From contig CAXHJY010001472.1 of NCBI GenBank assembly GCA_964016885.1, positions 558,001 to 622,000 of the forward strand: a stretch of 64,000 nucleotides of DNA, in the 5' to 3' direction. The notes under the pieces are model-generated. The model was not told the DNA's origin. It did not search any database and worked only from the letters and a program-made list of their open reading frames with translations. This stretch comes from Eledone cirrhosa (Eukaryota). Of the stretch, positions 53,401 to 64,000 are shown one piece after another; the stretch's first letter is position 1, and the number at the start of each line of letters is the position of its first letter. The position numbers and the translations under genes were made by a program.

Positions 53401-56400
53401 ATCTCCACCTGATTTTTTAAAAAATTATCTCCCCTTGGACGGCTGGAAATTATCTCCCCTTGGTTGGAAATTATCTCCCCTTGGACGGCTAGAAATTATC
53501 TCTGTTTGGACGGCTGGAAATTATCTCCCTTTGATTTTTTTAACAAATTATCTCCCTCTGATTTTTTTTACAAATCTCCCCCTGATTTTTTTAAAAAAAT
53601 TATCTCCCCTTCGCTGGCTGGAAATTATCTCCCCTTGGACACTGGAAATTATAGCCCCCTGGAGGGCTGGAAATTATCTTCCCTTGGACGGCTGGAAATT
53701 ATCTCCCCTTGATTTTTTTTACAAATTATCTCCCCCTGATTTTTTTTTTACAAATTATCTCCCCCTGATTTTTTTTACAAATTATCTCCCCCTGATTTTT
53801 TTACAAATTATCTCCGCCTGATTTTTTTAAAAATTATCTTCCCTTGGCTGGCGGGAAATTATCTCCCCTTGGACGGCTGGAAATTATCTCCCCTTGGAAG
53901 GATGGAAATTATCTCCCCTTGGACAGCTGGAAATTATCTCCCCTTGGACGGCTGAAAATTATCTCCCCTTGATTTTTTTTTTACAAATTATCTCCCCCTG
54001 ATTTTTTTTTACAAATTATCTCCCCCTGATTTTTTTTTACAAATTATCTCTCCCTGATTTTTTTTTACAAATATCTCCCCTTGGCTGGCTGGAAATTATC
54101 TCCCCTTGGACGGTTGGAAATTATCTCCCCTTGGACGGCTGGAAATTATCTCCCCTTGGACGGCTGGAAATTATCTCCTCTTGGACGGCTGGAAATTATC
54201 TCCCCTTGGACGGCTGGAAATTATCTGCCCTTGATTTTTTTTTACAAATTATCTCCCCCTGATTTTTTTAAAAATGATCTCCCCTTGGACGGCTGGAAAT
54301 GATCTCCCCTTGGCTGGTTGGAAATTATCTCCCCTTGGACCGCTAGAAATTATCTCTCCTTGGACGGCTGGAAATTATCTCCCCTTGATTTTTTTACAAA
54401 TTATCTCGTCCTGATTTTTTTTACAAATCTCCCAGTGATTTTTAAAAAAAAATTATCTCCCCTTCGCTGGCTGGAAATTATCTCACCTTGGACGCTGGAA
54501 ATTATAGCCCCTTGGAGGGCTGGAAATTATCTTCACTTGGACGGCTGGAAATTATCTCCCCTTGATTTTTTTTACAAATTATCTCCCCCTGATTTTTTTT
54601 TACAAATTATCTCCCCCGGATTTTTTTTTATAAATTATCTCCCCCTGATTTTTTTTAACAAATTATCTCCGCCTGATTTTTAAAAAAAAATTATCTCCCC
54701 TTAGACGGCTGGAAATTATCTCCCCTTGGACGGCTGGAAATTATCTCCCCTTGGACGGCTAGAAATTGGACGGCTGAAAATTATCTCCCCTTGGACGGCT
54801 GCAAATTATCTCCCCTTGATTTTTTTTACAAATTATCTCCCCCTGATTTTTTTTTACAAATTATCTCCCCCTGATTTTTTTTTACAAATTATCTCCCCCT
54901 GATTTTTTTTTACAAATTATCTACCCCTGATTTTTTTTTACAAATTATCTCCCCCTGATTTTTTTTTACAAATTATCTCCCCCTGATTTTTTTTTACAAA
55001 TTATCTCCCCATGATTTTTTTTTTACAAATTATCTCCCCCTGATTTTTTTACAAATTATCTCCCCCTGATTTTTTTTACAATCTCCGCCTGATTTTTTAA
55101 AAAATGATCTCCCCTTGGACGGCTGGAAATGATCTCCCCTTGGCTGGTTGGAAATTATCTCCCCTTGGACCGCTAGAAATTATCTCTCCTTGGACGGCTG
55201 GAAATTATCTCCCCTTGATTTTTTTACAAATTATCTCCCCCTGATTTTTTTTACAAATCTCCCAGTGATTTTTTTAAAAAAATTATCTCCCCTTCGCTGG
55301 CTGGAAATTATCTCCCCTTGGACGCTGGAAATTATAGCCCCCTTGGAGGGCTGGAAATTATCTTCCCTTGGACGGCTGGAAATTATCTCCCCTTGATTTT
55401 TTTTACAAATTATCTCCCCCTGATTTTTTTTTACAAATTATCTCCGCCTGATTTTTAAAAAAAAATTATCTCCCCTTGGACGGCTGGAATTATCTCCCCT
55501 TGGACGGCTGGAAATTATCTCCCCTTGGACGGCTAGAAATTACCTCTCCTTGGACGGCTGAAAATTATCTCCCCTTGGACGGCTGCAAATTATCTCCCCT
55601 TGGACGGCTGGAAATTATCTCCCCTTGCACGGCTGGAAATTATCTCCCCTTGGACAGCTGGAAATTATCTGCCCTTGATTTTGTTTTTACAAATTATCTC
55701 CCCCTGATTTTTTTTACAAATTATCTCCACCTGATTTTTAAAAAAATTATCTCCCCTTGGACGGCTGGAAATTATCTCCCCTTGGCTGGAAATTATCTCC
55801 CCTTGGACGGCTAGAAATTATCTCTCTTTGGACGGCTGGAAATTATCTCCCTTTGATTTTTTTTACAAATTATCTCCCTCTGATTTTTTTTACAAATCTC
55901 CCCCTGATTTTTAAAAAAAAATTATCTCCCCTTCGCTGGCTGGAAATTATCTCCCCTTGGACACTGGAAATTATAGCCCCTTGGAGGGCTGGAAATTATC
56001 TTCCCTTGGACGGCTGGAAATTATCTCCCCTTGATTTTTTTTACAAATTATCTCCCCCTGATATTTTTTTTACAAATTATCTCCCCCTGATTTTTTTACA
56101 AATTATCTCCCCCTGATTTTTTTTACAAATTATCTCCGCCTGATTTTTTTAAATATTATCTTCCCTTGGCTGGCGGGAAATTATCTCCCCTTGGACGGTT
56201 GGAAATTATCTCCCCTTGCACTGCTGGAAATTATCTCCCCTTGGACGGCTGGAAATTATCTCCCCTTGCACGGCTGGAAATTATCATCCCCTTGGACGGC
56301 TGAAAATTATCTCCCCTTGATTTTTTTTTACAAATTATCTGCCCCTGATTTTTTTTTACAAATTATCTCCCCCTGATTTTTTTTTACAAATTATCTCCGC

Positions 56401-59400
56401 CTGATTTTTAAAAAAAAATTATCTCCCCTTAGACGGCTGGAAATTATCTCCCCTTGGACGGCTGGAAATTATCTCCCCTTGGACGGCTAGAAATTGGACG
56501 GCTGAAAATTATCTCCCCTTGGACGGCTGCAAATTATCTCCCCTTGATTTTTTTTACAAATTATCTCCCCCTGATTTTTTTTTACAAATTATCTCCCCCT
56601 GATTTTTTTTTTACAAATTATCTCCCCCTGATTTTTTTACAAATTATCTCCCCCTGATTTTTTTTACAATCTCCGCCTGATTTTTTAAAAAATTATCTTC
56701 CCTTGGCTGGCGGGAAATTATCTCCCCTTGGACGGCTGGAAATTATCTCCCCTTGGCTGGAAATTATCTCCCCTTGGACACTGGAAATTATAGCCCCTTG
56801 GAGGGCTGGAAATTATCTTCCCTTGGACGGCTGGAAATTATCTCCCCTTGATTTTTTTACAAATTATCTGCCCCTGATTTTTTTTTACAAATTATCTCCC
56901 CCTGATTTTTTTTTTACAAATTATCTACCCCTGATTTTTTTTACAAATTATCTCCCCCTGATTTTTTTTTTACAAATTATCTCCCCCTGATTTTTTTAAA
57001 AATGATCTCCCCTTGGACGGCTGGAAATGATCTCCCCTTGGCTGGTTGGAAATTATCTCCCCTTGGACCGCTAGAAATTATCTCTCCTTGGACGGCTGGA
57101 AATTATTTCCCCTTGATTTTTTTTACAAATCTCCCCCTAATTTAAAAAAAAATTATCTCCCTTTCGCTGGCTGGAAATTATCTCCCTTTGGACGGCTGGA
57201 AATTATAGCCCCTTGTAGGGCTGGAAATTATCTCCCCTTGGACGGCTGGAAATTATCTCCCCTTGATTTTTTTTACAAATTATCTCCCCCTGATTTTTTT
57301 TAAAAATGATCTCCCCTTGGACGGCTGGAAATGATCTCCCCTTGGCTGGTTGGAAATTATCTCCCCTTGGACCGCTAGAAATTATCTCTCCTTGGATGGC
57401 TGGAAATTATCTCCCCTTGATTTTTCTACAAATTATCTCCCCCTGATTTTTTTTACAAATCTCCCAGTGATTTTTAAAAAAAATTTTCTCCCCTTCGCTG
57501 GCTGGAAATTATCTCCCCTTGGACGCTGGAAATTATAGCCCCTTGGAAGGCTGGAAATTATCTTCCCTTGGACGGCTGGAAATTATCTCCCCTTGATTTT
57601 TTTTTACAAATTATCTCCCCCTGATTTTTTTTTTTACAAATTATCTCCCCCTGATTTTTTTTAACAAATTATCTCCGCCTGATTTTTTTAAAAAAATTAT
57701 CTCCCCTTGGACGGCTGGAAATTATCTCCCCTTGGACGGCTGGAAATTATCTCCCCTTGGACGGCTAGAAATTACCTCTCCTTGGACGGCTGAAAATTAT
57801 CTCCCCTTGGACGGCTGCAAATTATCTCCCCTTGATTTTTTTTACAAATTATCTCCCCTTGATTTTTTTTTATAAATTATCTCCCCCTGATTTTTTTTAC
57901 AAATTATCTTCCCTTGGACGGCTGGAAATTATCTCCCCTTGGAAGGATGGAAATTATCTCCCCTTGGACGGCTGGAAATTATCTCCCCTTGCACGGCTGG
58001 AAATTATCTCCCCTTGGACAGCTGGAAATTATCTGCCCTTGATTTTTTTTTACAAATTATCTCCCCCTGATTTTTTTTTACAAATTATCTCCCCCTGATT
58101 TTTTTTTTACAAATTATCTCCGCCTGATTTTTTTTTAAAATTATCTCCCCTTGGACGGCTGGAAATTATCTCCCCTTGGACGGCTGGAAATTATCTTCCC
58201 TTGGACGGCTAGAAATTACCTCTCCTTGGACGGCTGAAAATTATCTCCCCTTGGACGGCTGGAAATTATCTCCCCTTGATTTTTTTACAAATTATCTGCC
58301 CCTGATTTTTTTTTACAAATTATCTCCCCCTGATTTTTTTTTACAAATTATCTCCCCCTGATTTTTTTTTACTAATTATCTCCCCCTGATTTTTTTTTTA
58401 CAAATTATCTCCCCCTGATTTTTTTACAAATTATCTCCCCCTGATTTTTTTTACAATCTCCGCCTGATTTTTTAAAAAATTATCTTCCCTTGGCTGGCGG
58501 GAAATTATCTCCCCTTGGACGGCTGGAAATTATCTCCCCTTGGCTGGAAATTATCTCCCCTTGGACACTGGAAATTATAGCCCCTTGGAGGGCTGGAAAT
58601 TATCTTCCCTTGGACGGCTGGAAATTATCTCCCCTTGATTTTTTTACAAATTATCTGCCCCTGATTTTTTTTTTACAAATTATCTCCCCCTGATTTTTTT
58701 TTACAAATTATCTACCCCTGATTTTTTTTACAAATTATCTCCCCCTGATTTTTTTTTTACAAATTATCTCCCCCTGATTTTTTTAAAAATGATCTCCCCT
58801 TGGACGGCTGGAAATGATCTCCCCTTGGCTGGTTGGAAATTATCTCCCCTTGGACCGCTAGAAATTATCTCTCCTTGGACGGCTGGAAATTATTTCCCCT
58901 TGATTTTTTTTACGAATCTCCCCCTAATTTAAAAAAAAATTATCTCCCCTTCGCTGGCTGGAAATTATCTCCCTTTGGACGGCTGGAAATTATAGCCCCT
59001 TGTAGGGCTGGAAATTATCTCCCCTTGGACGGCTGGAAATTATCTCCCCTTGATTTTTTTTACAAATTATCTCCCCCTGATTTTTTTAAAAATGATCTCC
59101 CCTTGGACGGCTGGAAATGATCTCCCCTTGGCTGGTTGGAAATTATCTCCCCTTGGACCGCTAGAAATTATCTCTCCTTGGATGGCTGGAAATTATCTCC
59201 CCTTGATTTTTTTACAAATTATCTCCCCCTGATTTTTTTTACAAATCTCCCAGTGATTTTTAAAAAAAATTTTCTCCCCTTCGCTGGCTGGAAATTATCT
59301 CCCCTTGGACGCTGGAAATTATAGCCCCTTGGAAGGCTGGAAATTATCTTCCCTTGGACGGCTGGAAATTATCTCCCCTTGATTTTTTTTTACAAATTAT

Positions 59401-62400
59401 CTCCCCCTGATTTTTTTTTTACAAATTATCTCCCCCTGATTTTTTTTAACAAATTATCTCCGCCTGATTTTTTTAAAAAAATTATCTCCCCTTGGACGGC
59501 TGGAAATTATCTCCCCTTGGACGGCTGGAAATTATCTCCCCTTGGACGGCTAGAAATTACCTCTCCTTGGACGGCTGAAAATTATCTCCCCTTGGACGGC
59601 TGCAAATTATCTCCCCTTGATTTTTTTTACAAATTATCTCCCCTTGATTTTTTTTTACAAATTATCTCCCCCTGATTTTTTTTACAAATTATCTTCCCTT
59701 GGACGGCTGGAAATTATCTCCCCTTGGAAGGATGGAAATTATCTCCCCTTGGACGGCTGGAAATTATCTCCCCTTGCACGGCTGGAAATTATCTCCCCTT
59801 GGACAGCTGGAAATTATCTGCCCTTGATTTTGTTTTTACAAATTATCTCCCCCTGATTTTTTTTACAAATTATCTCCACCTGATTTTTAAAAAAATTATC
59901 TCCCCTTGGACGGCTGGAAATTATCTCCCCTTGGCTGGAAATTATCTCCCCTTGGACGGCTAGAAATTATCTCTCTTTGGACGGCTGGAAATTATCTCCC
60001 TTTGATTTTTTTAACAAATTATCTCCCTCTGATTTTTTTTACAAATCTCCCCCTGATTTTTTTAAAAAAATTATCTCCCCTTCGCTGGCTGGAAATTATC
60101 TCCCCTTGGACACTGGAAATTATAGCCCCCTGGAGGGCTGGAAATTATCTTCCCTTGGACGGCTGGAAATTATCTCCCCTTGATTTTTTTTACAAATTAT
60201 CTCCCCCTGATTTTTTTTTACAAATTATCTCCCCCTGATATTTTTTTTACAAATTATCTCCCCCTGATTTTTTTAAAAAAATTATCTCCCCTTGGACTGC
60301 TGGAAATTATCTCCCCTTGGACGGCTGGAAATTATCTCCCCTTGGACGGCTAGAAATTACCTCTCCTTGGACGGCTGAAAATTATCTCCCCTTGGACGGC
60401 TGCAAATTATCTCCCCTTGATTTTTTTTACAAATTATCTCCCCTTGATTTTTTTTTATAAATTATCTCCCCCTGATTTTTTTTACAAATTATCTTCCCTT
60501 GGACGGCTGGAAATTATCTCCCCTTGGAAGGATGGAAATTATCTCCCCTTGGACGGCTGGAAATTATCTCCCCTTGCACGGCTGGAAATTATCTCCCCTT
60601 GGGCAGCTGGAAATTATCTGCCCTTGATTTTTTTTTACAAATTATCTCCCCCTGATTTTTTTTTACAAATTATCTCCCCCTGATTTTTTTTTTACAAATT
60701 ATCTCCGCCTGATTTTTTTTTTAAATTATCTCCCCTTGGACGGCTGGAAATTATCTCCCCTTGGACGGCTGGAAATTATCTTCCCTTGGACGGCTAGAAA
60801 TTACCTCTCCTTGGACGGCTGAAAATTATCTCCCCTTGGACGGCTGGAAATTATCTCCCCTTGATTTTTTTACAAATTATCTGCCCCTGATTTTTTTTTA
60901 CAAATTATCTCCCCCTGATTTTTTTTACAAATTATCTCCCCCTGATTTTTTTTTACTAATTATCTCCCCCTGATTTTTTTTTTACAAATTATCTCCCCCT
61001 GATTTTTTTACAAATTATCTCCCCCTGATTTTTTTTACAATCTCCGCCTGATTTTTTAAAAAATTATCTTCCCTTGGCTGGCGGGAAATTATCTCCCCTT
61101 GGACGGTTGGAAATTATCTCCCCTTGGCTGGAAATTATCTCCCCTTGGACACTGGAAATTATAGCCCCTTGGAGGGCTGGAAATTATCTTCCCTTGGACG
61201 GCTGGAAATTATCTCCCCTTGATTTTTTTACAAATTATCTGCCCCTGATTTTTTTTTTACAAATTATCTCCCCCTGATTTTTTTTTACAAATTATCTACC
61301 CCTGATTTTTTTTACAAATTATCTCCCCCTGATTTTTTTTTTACAAATTATCTCCCCCTGATTTTTTTAAAAATGATCTCCCCTTGGACGGCTGGAAATG
61401 ATCTCCCCTTGGCTGGTTGGAAATTATCTCCCCTTGGACCGCTAGAAATTATCTCTCCTTGGACGGCTGGAAATTATTTCCCCTTGATTTTTTTTACAAA
61501 TCTCCCCCTAATTTAAAAAAAAATTATCTCCCCTTCGCTGGCTGGAAATTATCTCCCTTTGGACGGCTGGAAATTATAGCCCCTTGTAGGGCTGGAAATT
61601 ATCTCCCCTTGGACGGCTGGAAATTATCTCCCCTTGATTTTTTTTACAAATTATCTCCCCCTGATTTTTTTAAAAATGATCTCCCCTTGGACGGCTGGAA
61701 ATGATCTCCCCTTGGCTGGTTGGAAATTATCTCCCCTTGGACCGCTAGAAATTATCTCTCCTTGGATGGCTGGAAATTATCTCCCCTTGATTTTTTTACA
61801 AATTATCTCCCCCTGATTTTTTTTACAAATTATCTCCGCCTGATTTTTTTAAAAAAATTATCTCCCCTTGGACGGCTGGAAATTATCTCCCCTTGGACGG
61901 CTGGAAATTATCTCCCCTTGGACGGCTAGAAATTACCTCTCCTTGGACGGCTGAAAATTATCTCCCCTTGGACGGCTGCAAATTATCTCCCCTTGATTTT
62001 TTTTACAAATTATCTCCCCTTGATTTTTTTTTACAAATTATCTCCCCCTGATTTTTTTTACAAATTATCTTCCCTTGGACGGCTGGAAATTATCTCCGCT
62101 TGGAAGGATGGAAATTATCTCCCCTTGGACGGCTGGAAATTATCTCCCCTTGCACGGCTGGAAATTATCTCCCCTTGGACAGCTGGAAATTATCTGCCCT
62201 TGATTTTGTTTTTACAAATTATCTCCCCCTGATTTTTTTTACAAATTATCTCCACCTGATTTTTTTAAAAATTATCTCCCCTTGGACGGCTGGAAATTAT
62301 CTCCCCTTGGCTGGAAATTATCTCCCCTTGGACGGCTAGAAATTATCTCTCTTTGGACGGCTGGAAATTATCTCCCTTTGATTTTTTAACAAATTATCTC

Positions 62401-64000
62401 CCTCTGATTTTTTTTACAAATCTCCCCCTGATTTTTTTACAAATTATCTCCCCCTGATTTTTTTTACAATCTCCGCCTGATTTTTTAAAAAATTATCTTC
62501 CCTTGGCTGGCGGGAAATTATCTCCCCTTGGACGGCTGGAAATTTTCTCCCCTTGGCTGGAAATTATCTCCCCTTGGACACTGGAAATTATAGCCCCTTG
62601 GAGGGCTGGAAATTATCTTCCCTTGGACGGCTGGAAATTATCTCCCCTTGATTTTTTTACAAATTATCTGCCCCTGATTTTTTTTTACAAATTATCTCCC
62701 CCTGATTTTTTTTTACAAATTATCTACCCCTGATTTTTTTTACAAATTATCTCCCCCTGATTTTTTTTTTACAAATTATCTCCCCCTGATTTTTTTAAAA
62801 ATGATCTCCCCTTGGACGGCTGGAAATGATCTCCCCTTGGCTGGTTGGAAATTATCTCCCCTTGGACCGCTAGAAATTATCTCTCCTTGGACGGCTGGAA
62901 ATTATTTCCCCTTGATTTTTTTTACAAATCTCCCCCTAATTTAAAAAAAAATTATCTCCCCTTCGCTGGCTGGAAATTATCTCCCTTTGGACGGCTGGAA
63001 ATTATAGCCCCTTGTAGGGCTGGAAATTATCTCCCCTTGGACGGCTGGAAATTATCTCCCCTTGATTTTTTTTACAAAATATCTCCCCCTGATTTTTTTA
63101 AAAATGATCTCCCCTTGGACGGCTGGAAATGATCTCCCCTTGGCTGGTTGGAAATTATCTCCCCTTGGACCGCTAGAAATTATCTCTCCTTGGATGGCTG
63201 GAAATTATCTCCCCTTGATTTTTCTACAAATTATCTCCCCCTGATTTTTTTTACAAATCTCCCAGTGATTTTTAAAAAAAATTTTCTCCCCTTCGCTGGC
63301 TGGAAATTATCTCCCCTTGGACGCTGGAAATTATAGCCCCTTGGAAGGCTGGAAATTATCTTCCCATGGACGGCTGGAAATTATCTCCCCTTGATTTTTT
63401 TTTACAAATTATCTCCCCCTGATTTTTTTTTTACAAATTATCTCCCCCTGATTTTTTTTAACAAATTATCTCCGCCTGATTTTTTTAAAAAAAATATCTC
63501 CCCTTGGACGGCTGGAAATTATCTCCCCTTGGACGGCTGGAAATTATCTCCCCTTGGACGGCTAGAAATTACCTCTCCTTGGACGGCTGAAAATTATCTC
63601 CCCTTGGACGGCTGCAAATTATCTCCCCTTGATTTTTTTTACAAATTATCTCCCCTTGATTTTTTTTTATAAATTATCTCCCCCTGATTTTTTTTACAAA
63701 TTATCTTCCCTTGGACGGCTGGAAATTATCTCCCCTTGGAAGGATGGAAATTATCTCCCCTTGGACGGCTGGAAATTATCTCCCCTTGCACGGCTGGAAA
63801 TTATCTCCCCTTGGACAGCTGGAAATTATCTGCCCTTGATTTTTTTTTTACAAATTATCTCCCCCTGATTTTTTTTTACAAATTATCTCCCCCTGATTTT
63901 TTTTTTACAAATTATCTCCGCCTGATTTTTTTTTAAAATTATCTCCCCTTGGACGGCTGGAAATTATCTCCCCTTGGACGGCTGGAAATTATCTTCCCTT
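50460..64000 (+). repeat. Copy of ~9480-23200 (~40.8-41.1 kb offset), continuing past the window end
   Basis: Offsets are 40984-40986 (10022->51006, 11441->52427, 13095->54081), 40773-40776 (14984->55757, 19641->60417) and 40802 (20615->61417 through 22934->63736). Shared variants are TTGAACGG (~9897/50881), GGACTGCTGG (~19518/60294) and CTCCGCTTGG (~21292/62094). Confidence 0.92.

Larger units (their letters stand above)
1..64000 (+). repeat. Composite satellite DNA array, ~25-30 bp units with shared core AAATTATCTCCCCYTG, head-to-tail, extending past both window edges
   Basis: Every line of the window consists of the core plus one of two tails. I saw no unique sequence and no inverted units (no GGGGAGATAATTT on the + strand). 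Confidence 0.99.

Noticed and set aside
26-63936. Hundreds of short + strand ORFs (WKLSPLGRLEIISPWTAGNYLPLDG / FFTNYLPLI repeats) as a repeat-protein family or phase-variable genes
   Set aside because: Unit A has no stop in any + frame and 25 is not a multiple of 3, so all frames give the same cyclic peptide. Most starts are TTG from the core and T-tract lengths shift frame arbitrarily. The minus strand has TAA in each core, which explains the absence of minus ORFs. There is no evidence of coding constraint.
1-64000. CRISPR array (constant repeat plus variable spacer)
   Set aside because: The constant part is only 16 bp, the 'spacers' are 9-14 bp and of two recurring types rather than unique, and there is no leader or cas gene.
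1-64000. Telomerase-made long telomeric repeat (as in 23-25 bp budding-yeast repeats)
   Set aside because: Multi-kb higher-order duplications with inherited variants indicate recombinational amplification rather than templated addition, and I recognise no telomere motif. A subtelomeric location is not excluded.
1-64000. G-quadruplex / i-motif array from G4-G5 runs on the minus strand
   Set aside because: The runs are ~21-23 nt apart, far beyond canonical loop lengths, so stable intramolecular G4 is not supported by sequence alone.
1-64000. Rho-independent terminators or retroposon poly(A) tails at the T tracts
   Set aside because: There is no strong GC hairpin before the tracts and no element body or target-site duplication. 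The tracts are integral parts of unit B.
1-64000. Plasmid iterons or a viral repeat origin
   Set aside because: Iteron arrays have few copies next to a rep gene. Here there are thousands of units and no gene.
1-64000. Entire window being a sequencing artefact or low-complexity noise
   Set aside because: Rare substitutions and homopolymer lengths recur in consistent order at fixed long-range offsets, which random error would not produce. Copy numbers of individual blocks still need read validation.
1-64000. Assignment to a named satellite family, taxon or centromere
   Set aside because: I cannot confidently recognise the monomer and saw no CENP-B box. A database search and chromatin data would be required.

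Overview
The whole 64 kb is one uninterrupted, single-orientation satellite (tandem repeat) array. I found no credible genes, RNA genes, transposons or unique sequence. It is built from roughly 2,400-2,500 units (64,000 / ~26 bp, estimated rather than counted) that share a 16-bp core, AAATTATCTCCCC(T/C)TG. The core is followed by one of two alternative tails: a GC-rich tail GACGGCTGG (unit A, 25 bp) or a poly(T) tail A-T7..11-AC (unit B, ~26-30 bp). A junction variant with a TnAn tail usually closes B runs. Short runs of A and B alternate, and diagnostic variants show nested higher-order structure at ~0.3 kb, ~1.785 kb, ~10.8-11.4 kb and ~41-42 kb. There are also local tandem duplications (444, 510, 1,954 and 2,366 bp), one apparent templated insertion near 42.3 kb and a more diverged island at ~47.9-50.4 kb. 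All listed ORFs are translation artefacts of the repeat. Offsets were derived from identical peptides in the ORF track and from shared variants read by eye, so boundaries are approximate. A eukaryotic heterochromatic origin is an inference, and the organism and function cannot be determined from this window.
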